Positions 1 through 8,553 of a stretch of DNA of 11,810 nt are shown here, piece after piece. The notes below the pieces were generated by a model. That model had not been told where the DNA came from, made no database searches, and worked only from the letters and a program-made list of their open reading frames with translations. This stretch comes from Vitrella brassicaformis CCMP3155 (taxonomy: Eukaryota; Protista; Chromerida). Position 1 is the stretch's first letter. Each line of letters starts with the position of its first letter. The stretch is taken from NCBI GenBank assembly GCA_001179505.1, contig CDMY01000905.1, positions 1 to 11,810 on the forward strand, given 5' to 3'. The position numbers were made by a program, and so were the translations under genes.

Positions 1-2750
1 ACACGTTTGGACTTGGAGTGTGTGTATATGACGAATGTCTCTGTGCGCGTGTATATGACGAATGTCTCTGTGCGCACACCTGCGCATGCACGTGTGGACT
101 TGGAGTGCGTGTATATGATGAATGTCTCTGTGCGCGTGTATAGACGAATGTCTCTGTGCGCACACCTGCGCATGCACGTGTGGACTTGGAGTGCGTGTAA
201 ATGATGAATATCTGTGTGCGCACACCTGCGCATGCACGTGCGAATGCATGTGTGGACTTGGAGTGCGTGTAAACGACGAATGTCTCTGTGCGCACACCTG
301 CGCATGCACGTGCGAATGCATGTGTGGACTTGGAGTGCGTGTATATGATGAATGTCTCTGTGCGCACACCTGCGCATGCACGTGCGCACGCATGTGTGGA
401 CTTGGAGTGCGTGTATATGATGAATATCTCTGTGCGCACACCTGCGCATGCAGGCGTCGACTTTGAGTGTGTATGTATGATGAATATCTGTGTGCGCACA
501 GCTGCGCATGCACGCGTGGACTTGGAAGATGCGTATAAGATGCGTATATGATGAATGCTTCCTTCGCATTTACGTTTGGACTTGGAGTGTGTGTATATGA
601 TGAATGTCTGTATGTGCACACCCCTCCGCATCCACGTATGGACTTTGGAGTGGGTGTATGCCATGAGTGTCTCCCTCTTTGCGCATACCTGGGTGTACAC
701 GCGTGGGCTTGGAGTGTGTGTATGTCATTGATTCCCTGTGCGCACACCCGCGCATGCACGTACGTACACACACAATAAATGTCTGTATGCGCACACCTGC
801 GCATGCACGTTTGGACTTGGAGCGTGTGTATATAATGATCTTCTCTCTGCACACACCTGCGCATGTACGCGTGGACTTGGAGTGTGCGTATATGATGAAT
901 GTCCCTGTGCGCACGCCTGCACATGCACATTTGGACTTGGAGCGTGTGTATGCGATGAATCTCTTTGTGCGCACACCTGCGCATGCACGAGTCGACTTGG
1001 AGCGTGTGTATGCGATGAATCTCTTTGTGCGCACACAAGGTGTGCGCATGCACGAGTCGACTTGGAGTGTGTGTATATAATGAAGGTCTCTGTGCGCACA
1101 CCTGTGCATGAGGTGTGTGAGTGCATGTTTGGACTTTGATGAACGTTCCTGTGCGAACGCCTGCGCATGCACGAGTGGACTTGGAGTGCGTGTATATGAT
1201 GAATCTCTTTGTGCGCACACCTGCGCATGCACGCGTCGACTTGGCCAGGTGTGCGCATGCACGCGTCGACTTGGAGTGCGTGTGTATGATGAATGTCTCT
1301 GTACGCACACCTGCGCACGCACGGGTTGACTTGGACTTCGTATGCATACCTGCGCATGCAGGCGTCGACTTGGAGTGGGTGTATATAATGAATGTCTGTA
1401 TGTACACACCTCTGTGCATGCACGTATGCACTTTGGAGTGGGTGTGTATGATGAATGTCTCTGTGCGCACACCTGCGCATGCACGGGTTGACTTGGAGTT
1501 TGTATGCATACCTACGCATGCAGGCGTCGACTTGGAGTGTGTATGTATGATGAATATCTGTGTGCGCACAGCTGCGCATGCACGCGTGGACTTGGAAGAT
1601 GCGTATATGATGAATGCTTCCTTCGCATTCACGTTTGGACTTGGAGTGTGTGTATATGATGAATGTCTGTATGTGCACACCCCTCCGCATGCACGTATGC
1701 ACTTTGGAGTGGGTGTATGCCATGAGTGTCTCCCTCTTTGCGCATACCTGGGTGTACACGCGTGGGCTTGGAGTGTGCGTATATGATGAATGTCCCTGTG
1801 CGCACGCCTGCACATGCACATTTGGACTTGGAGCATGTGTATACGATGAATATCTGTGTGCGCACACCTGCGCATGCACGAGTCGACTTGGAGTGCGTGT
1901 ATATGATGAATCTCTTTGTGCGCACACCTGCGCATGCACGCGTCGATGGAGCGTGTGTATGTGATGAATGTCTTTGTGCGTATGTGATGAATGTCTTTGT
2001 GCGCACACCTGCGCATGCACGAGTCGACTTGGAGTGTGTGTATATGATGAATGTCTTTGTGCGCACACCTGCGCATGCAGGCGTCGATTTGGAGGGTATG
2101 TGTATGTGATGAACATGCACTTTTGGACGTGGAGTGTGTGTATGTGATGAACATGCACTTTTTGACGTGGAGTGTGTGCATATGATGAATGTCTCTGTAC
2201 GCACACCTGCGCATGCACGTTTGGACCTGGAGTGTGTGTATATGCTGAATGTCTGTATGTGCATCCCCCTGCGCATGCACGTATGGACTTTGGAGTGGGT
2301 GTGTATGATGAATGTCTCTGTGCGCACACCTGCGCATGCACGGGTCCACTTGGAGTTTGTATGCACACCTGCGCATGCAGGCGTCGATTGGAGTGGATGA
2401 ATGTCTTTGTGCGCACCCCTGCGCATGCACGCGTCGATGGAGTGTGTGTATATGCTGAATGTCTGTATGTGCACCCCCCTGCGCATGCACGTATGGACTT
2501 TGGAGTGGGTGCATATGATGAATGTCTCTGTACGCACCCCTGCGCATGCACGGCTTGACTTGGACTTTGTATGCATACCTGCGCATGCACGTGTGGACTT
2601 GGAGTGGGTGTATGTGATGAAAACCTCTGTGCGCACACCTATGCGTACAATTGCGTATGCACGTTTGGACGTGGAGTGTGTGTATATGTTGAATGTCTGT
2701 ATGTGCACACCCCTGTGCATGCACGTATATCGCCTATGTATGTATGTGCA
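1..2750 (+). repeat. Satellite array, ~60-bp unit (consensus approx. GTGCGCACACCTGCGCATGCACGTGTGGACTTGGAGTGTGTGTATATGATGAATGTCTCT), roughly 45 degenerate units; runs off the window start
   Basis: The unit recurs directly throughout. The recurrent 20-aa pseudo-translation VRTPAHARVDLECVYMMNVS confirms the 60-nt period. Many internal indels and partial units. The right boundary is approximate. Confidence 0.97.
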
Positions 2751-3325
2751 AGTGTGGATGCCATTTGTCCTAGCAACTCTGGTCTTGGATAGAGTTGTTT
2801 GGCGGTGTGCCCCTCTCTGGTGACAATGACTAGAAGATCAATTCTTGCTCTGCCGTGTTGTGTGTGTTGTGATTTCGTAAATGTATTTGTTGGTTGAGAA
2901 TTTGGCTCGTCTGAGCGTGATCAAGTAAATTCCGTAGACCTATGGTGTTGGCAAGGCTTTCATTCACATCCCCCTTCAGCTCTCTCCCATTCTCCTTGCC
3001 CTCCCAGCACGACAGCCGGTCAGTCAACCCCAATACTCACGCCCATGTCGGAAATGGATGCACGCACATATATATGCACCGCACTGCTCTGCCTGCCTGC
3101 CTGTCTGCCTGCCCGCGTAGGAAAGGAAGAACAAAACAGCGTACGATGTATGGACGGATGACATGCAAAAAGAACAACGGCCGGACGGCCCTTCAACAAA
3201 GACACCCGACCCAGCCCCAGTGATTGCGGACACAACAGTGATTTGCACAATGCACACTCTCTCATGCAGCCGACACGACAAACCGTCAGTTGCGGTCAGT
3301 CGGATGGATGGCTGGCCTCTATGTC

Positions 3326-4447
3326 TCACCCCTCCCTCTCTGCCTCCAGGGCATGCACGCGCCTCTGCAGCTCCTGAACGACGGCTGCCATGGTGTAAAA
3401 CATATGGTCCATGTCGATGTACAGTGTCTCGGTGGGTTCCAAGCCCTCAACCGCCGCACTACTGGCAGACACCGCCTCTGAGAGAAAGGAGGAGAGCCAG
3501 CCATACCACACACAGAGACATGCATGCTTACCCGGTAACACTCTCTGCAACTCCTGCGCCAACACCCCTACAGCAGGCAAATCAGACAGACAAACCGAGA
3601 GACGCACGTGTCTCATGCACGCGAGGGACCCCTCAATTGCTCACGCGTACACTTACCGATGTGCACTTTGTCTCCGTCTTCACCTCGCACCTGCGCTTGG
3701 TCCCACTGGAAGTTCTTCAGAGGCAACTCGGCGAACTGCATGAATCAAAGACAGACAGACGGATAAGGGAGCACTGATGTCGATCTGTCCGTCCAGAGCG
3801 GTGTGTAGGGCTCACACGCTCACTTACTTTGTCGTATGCCTCCTGCACCGATTCAGCCGTCACGTCCTGCAGAAAGGCAGCCAAGAAGCCGAGCACAAAG
3901 CAGCTCTGGCCGGCGCGTATGCCAGCATACCTACCTGTATGTTCCTCTTGGACCTCTCGTCAGAGAGTCCTTTCTCAACGGTGCGGTAGATTCTGGTTGT
4001 GAATATCTTCCTGCGCGCAGAGCATGCACAGCACAGCAGACACACGGACGCGAAGAGCGATGCATGCCACTGCATGGTGCAGTGCAGTGCGTCGTGTGTG
4101 CACGTATTGCTAGCATGCCAGATGTTGTGGTCCTCTCCACATCCGATGATGCCTGCAAGCAGACAGGCAGACAGGCAAGCGAAGGGACAAGGAAATGCGA
4201 GTGATGTGACGCTGACGCCGGTGAGCTCACCAAAGCCGTCACTCGGTGACCCCTCGGTGTTCTGGACCACAAGGGCAGGATGCAGCTCGCCAGTATCGGG
4301 GTCCTCATCACCCGCATTCGCACGGCACGACTCCTCAGACCATTGTCGGGTGCTGACGACGCTATTGCTGATGGGATCCGCAGCCACGCACGACACACAC
4401 CCAAGGGCGACGAGCACAATTGCGGCACGAGCCATCACGGGAGGCAT
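3326..4447 (-). CDS. Putative secreted Peptidase S74 / intramolecular chaperone autoprocessing (ICA) domain protein, 7 exons, ~211-215 aa
   Basis: Exons (minus): 4447 or 4435-4231, 4152-4104, 4010-3935, 3866-3828, 3735-3657, 3567-3532, 3477-3326. All six introns are GT-AG (78, 93, 68, 92, 89, 54 nt) with matching phases, no stops, TGA end. Protein: MARAAIVLVALGCVSCVAA-DPISN...IYRTVEKGL-SDERSKRNIQDVTAESVQEAYDKFAELPLKNFQWD...KVHIGVLAQELQRVLPEAV...LYIDMDHMFYTMAAVVQELQRRVHALEAEREG. This matches the S74 pattern SDxRxK...W...GxxAQExxxxxPEAV...coiled coil. The intron-2 donor could instead be the GC at 4118 (same phase). Confidence 0.88.
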
Positions 4448-5036
4448 ATTCTCGGCCCAAAGCAAGCGGTGAGGGCGGATTTTTGATGATTCGGATTCGG
4501 CGCGGATTCTCGCTCGATCCGCAGGATCGTCGTCCCTTTTCCATGTTTTGTGGTTTGGGGTGGTGGGCGCCGCCACCACAGCGGGTAGATAGCTGCAGAT
4601 CCAGCAAATGCAGGTGCAAGAATGGCGTAACGAATGAAGTAAGCGACCGCCGCCATTCTCGCAACATCGCTTCCGGCACAAACGCAACGAATGAGGCACA
4701 ACGCACCCAAGAATCACGCGCAGACGACACCAATACACGCATGCCTCGTCCTAGCTGTCAGGTGCTCCGATCTGTATCAATGAGGTTAGTAGTCCGTCAT
4801 GTCCATGGGACGCTTTAACTTGTTGATTGGCACACGCACACATGCTGCGTAGAGCATGAAATGCATACATCCGGCGCAAACATCCAGTCCAAGGTGTCTC
4901 AGTGCAGTCAGTGCAGGAACGGATGACACACAAAGCAGATAGTCACTGTACAGCTGGCTGCACACCAGACACATGCATGCACTGAAACACAGGACAGAAA
5001 TTCATTATCCCCGACTGTCTGTCCTCATTCATGTTT

Positions 5037-6657
5037 CTAGCCTTCTGCTGCACGCTCTTCTACCACCATCGCGACACAGATGTACTGAAAATCCCAACCA
5101 GGTGGCTCATTGTCATACACATGATATCGCTCCTCATATTCAGGATGTACTCGTATGCAGAATGCTCTGCGTACCGCTGCTGGTTGCGCCCAAGCATACC
5201 CGCGCCCAGCATTTGTTGTTTTCAAGGGACTCGAGTACTGGTACAGGAAGTGGTTGCTCCATTCAGGGCAGCAGGCCTCCTCAAAAGCTCTCGCGAAGAT
5301 GTCACAATCCTTCATGTTGAGGGGACAATTAGGAAAGAGCGCCTTCAGACGCGCCTCCTCAAGTTCGTCATCATCGTATTCGTTGTTTTGGCGCTTTTTC
5401 GCTCTGATCCCCTCAACATAGCTCCTTATCGCAGCGGCAGAGTCCTCATCGACCAGCCCGCACTGCCACATCTGACAACGATCTTCTCCGTATATTTAGA
5501 TGCCAGGAACATCTTGAGATCGACTTGAAAGTGTTGGGACAGCACTTGATAGAGGTAGCTGTCGACTCACCGAGATGCTCCAGGGACATTGACGAAGGCG
5601 TGTAATCGTGCTGCAAATGGATGACGTAGCTGTTGTCCTTCCTCTCTCTCTCCCAGTAGGATAGCTGGGTCTGAGGCAATGCGACACATAGATAGATATC
5701 ACATTACCAGGCTGCTCTATTTCTCGCTCACCAGCAAGTGCTTGAAGTGGTAGTGAAGTGAGTCGATCATGTCTTGTAGCGAAGGAGCCAAGAAGGCCCC
5801 TGCCTGCGGTGCCATCTCAGTCACCCGTCTTCTCTGCAGATTGTACGCCAGCACCAGACGATAGCCCGACGTAATGGGTGCCACGCTGTGGGGAATGTCG
5901 GCAAAGAAGGCCACCCACCGACACCTCTTCGCCGCCAGGGCACGCTGTGTCTGCGCTTTGAAGCCGCTGGAGTTGAAGCCCTCTGTTTGCTCGAGCAGGA
6001 AGTCGCCCCTACGGTAGCTGGTGGGCATAAAGACGAGGAGCGATGCGAAGTGATCATCGGACCGTTGTGTCAATAGATGAATCAAAAGAAGGAGACAATA
6101 TATGTCCGCGTGTTCCTCGCTCGTCCTCTTTGCCTGTGTGTCTTTGTGTGCTTGAAAGAAGTCGCCCTTACGATACAGCAGCACCTTGTGCAGGTCGGCC
6201 GTCACCTGGCTGCCCGGCGACATCTCGGTTGCCACCTCGTCGCACACTCGCCAACATCGCACCCCAGTCGCCCGCATGACACCCAATCGTCAGCTCATCC
6301 GCTGAGACCTCCCTCGCCTGCCGCACCGCCAGGTCGACCACCGTGTTGTTCCAAATGCCCACCGGTGATTGCCATGCCTGTGTGTCGTAGATCTTCTTGA
6401 AGCCCCTGGATAAGAAGGTCGCCCCTTTTGCAGTGTTGCAGTTAGGCTCCAGCGCCCAGTTGGCCGCCTTGGGTGGGGATGAAGTCGATGGTGCCTGCGA
6501 TGAATGGTCCCGGGGCGTCGTGCTTCCTCAGGTAATCAATCGCCCTTGTCCAGCGCCGTGTCGAGGTCCAACATATCCGGTGGATCCCCACAGAATGAGC
6601 ATGCTTGCAATCCCCACAGAATGAGCATCCCAGGACGCGATTCAATGGCATCCGACG
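5037..6657 (-). pseudogene. Disrupted 2OG-Fe(II)-dependent oxygenase gene (family with upstream TVVDxxVR motif and downstream HxYT motif)
   Basis: LHKVLLYRKGDFFQAHKDTQ (HxD at 6148-6140), WVAFFADIPHSVAPITSGYRLVLAYNL (distal His 5890-5888, Arg 5860-5858), upstream QSPVGIWNNTVVDLAVR and downstream IHLQHDYT. GT-AG introns at 5731-5671 and 5570-5513. Lesions: 26-nt duplication (6584-6628), frameshifts near 6544, 6474 and 6245, a GC..AA intron-like insert (6133-6065), and an in-frame TAA (5498-5496). Confidence 0.85.
6584..6628. repeat. 19-bp perfect direct repeat (atccccacagaatgagcat) with a 7-nt spacer
   Basis: Copies read directly at 6584-6602 and 6610-6628. Confidence 0.95.
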
Positions 6658-6809
6658 CTGTGGTTAATGGTGTTAGAGAGCAAGACGAACCACGAGCAGT
6701 AGTATGCAAGATGTATTTCTGCGAGCTAGGGTAGATTATGTGTGGCCACGCAGCGGTTTCAGGCAGGACCCTAGGTGGCCCGACGGCCCAGTCCCGTGTT
6801 TGTACATCT

Positions 6810-6864
6810 CAACATGCAACATGCACCCCAACATGCAACACGCACACGCAACACGCAGCACGCA
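6810..6864 (+). repeat. Degenerate ~7-bp minisatellite (caacatg/caacacg)
   Basis: caacatgcaacatgcaccccaacatgcaacacgcacacgcaacacgcagcacgc. Confidence 0.7.
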
Positions 6865-7264
6865 AAGGGCAGAAGAAGCAAACAGGTGGATATGCAATGC
6901 GCTGCGAACGACGGCAACATACGAGCGAGCAGGCACATAGCGTCACACGCACGCCACCCCAGCACGCGACTGGAAGGGGCAACCCGAAGGCGACGTGCGT
7001 GCTGCACCATGACTCCATACGTACATACCGCCCATCCCCAGCTGGCCAGCCAGTGCAGATCGACCAGTCACACACAAATATGCCCTCAACACAAACACAC
7101 ACGGGGAGATGAGGGTGTCCGAAAGTGGGGAGCACGGGTTTGCGAGCTAGAAGGATGCATACAGGCAGGCAGATCTCTTCATTATAGCATTGCAGAACCA
7201 TTTTTGCAGCCATCTCACGCATGTATGCATTCGAGGAGGAAGACAATGCACACCCCACCATTAC

Positions 7265-7725
7265 ATAACGCCTGTGCACAAACATGTGGATTTGCAGAGG
7301 GTGTATGAAATATATATCTCTGTACACATACCTGCGCACGCACGCGTGGATCTGCAGGGAATGTATGTGATGGATATCTCTGTGCACACACCAATGCACA
7401 CACACATGGATTTGGAGCAGGTGTTTGATAAATGTCCTCGTACGTATACCTGTGCACACAAATGTGGACTTGCAGAGGGTGTATAAAACAAATGTCTCTG
7501 TATACATACCTGTGCACGCAGCGTGAACTTGTAGAAGCATATGATGAATCCCTCTGTGCACACATATGTACACACGCACGTGGACTTGGAGAGGGAGTAT
7601 GAAATAAATATGTCTGTACGCACACCTACGCACGCACGCATGGACTCGGAGTTGGTGCATGTGATAAATGTCTCTATACGCATACCTGCGCATACATGCG
7701 TGGACTTGGAGGGGGTGTATTATAA
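7265..7725 (+). repeat. Internal, more diverged array of the same ~60-bp satellite, ~8 units
   Basis: The cctg(c/t)gca core recurs near 7271, 7331, 7391, 7450, 7509, 7565, 7625 and 7685, with gga(c/t)ttg(c/g)ag between cores. Same orientation as the flanking arrays. Confidence 0.9.
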
Positions 7726-7887
7726 TGAAATTCTGCTCTAATTGATTTGAAACTCTGAGCGTACATCGTGCCTTCTATTCTTGGGACACTGGAAGCCATT
7801 CAATTGTGTACATGGTTGTGAGCTTCAGTCACTCGTCAAGCGTAATGGATATCATACACATGGTCTCTGTGCTTGGTCCGTTGATAA

Positions 7888-7950
7888 GAGACAGAGACAG
7901 AGAGACAGACAGACAGATAGACAGACAGAACCAGAAAACACACACACATA
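7888..7950. repeat. Compound microsatellite (gaca/gaga)n + (ca)n; resembles an intron pyrimidine tract on the minus strand
   Basis: gagacagagacagagagacagacagacagatagacagacagaaccagaaaacacacacacata. Confidence 0.85.
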
Positions 7951-8553
7951 CGTGTTCCCAAAGGCTACCTAGCTTAGGGCTCCCATCACTGCCCGTGGAC
8001 CATCTTCGGACTCCCCCCATCCTCCCTCACCAACCAAAAAATACAACATATACGAGCGTAAATGTTGCTGTTTGGAGTATGACAGCGCTGCACAAATGCA
8101 GTGGCATGCACAGCAGAGATGATGGTAGAGAAAAAACCAAGATAGCTTTGTAATTGCCAGCTGCAAACGGACAATAACATAACACACGATCGGTATGCAT
8201 CTCTAATGCAGCCTCAGTCACTCATGATTTCAGGCCCCCTAATGATTGATTCCGTTTCTCCCTCCGTCCCTTCCTTCATGAACGAGAAGAGAAAACTTTC
8301 TCTTTATGGGTCCACGAGGCAACAAATGAATGAAACGCATGAATACATGCACTAACTTCTGTCCGGACAGAAGGCCGCAAAGCACAAAAGTCTGTCCAAG
8401 CAGCAAGCACAGAAGGAAAAAGAAAACTCCTGTGCCATGCATACAACGGGCAAGTCAGATGGAGAGACAGACTAGGAGACGTCTCAATAAAGACAGTAAG
8501 CCCAAAGCAATACATACGTCACAGCAACCTTAATCGGCTTTTGCCAGCGAGCA

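Noticed and set aside
1-2823. Long Cys/His-rich ORFs (e.g. 725-2638, 637 aa; 1629-2720) suggesting metal-binding repeat proteins
   Set aside because: The 60-bp unit is a multiple of 3, so several frames on both strands stay open. Frequent frame-breaking indels and no unique domain show there is no coding constraint.
4069-4086. 7-bp stem (cactgca/tgcagtg) in ICA intron 2
   Set aside because: Too short to be significant in TGCA-rich sequence.
3860-4738. 292-aa single-exon ORF
   Set aside because: It is read-through of in-frame introns of the ICA gene (LACLSACLLA and LCCACSA are intron tracts). The spliced model restores the full domain.
4974-4981. TGCATGCA about 530 nt upstream of the ICA gene as an ApiAP2 promoter site
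   Set aside because: GCATGC-type words are abundant here, including inside introns, so one instance is uninformative.
2942-6734. Plus-strand ORFs (3163-3777, 3999-4472, 5031-5528 and others)
   Set aside because: They are antisense to the reconstructed minus-strand exons and have no recognisable motifs.
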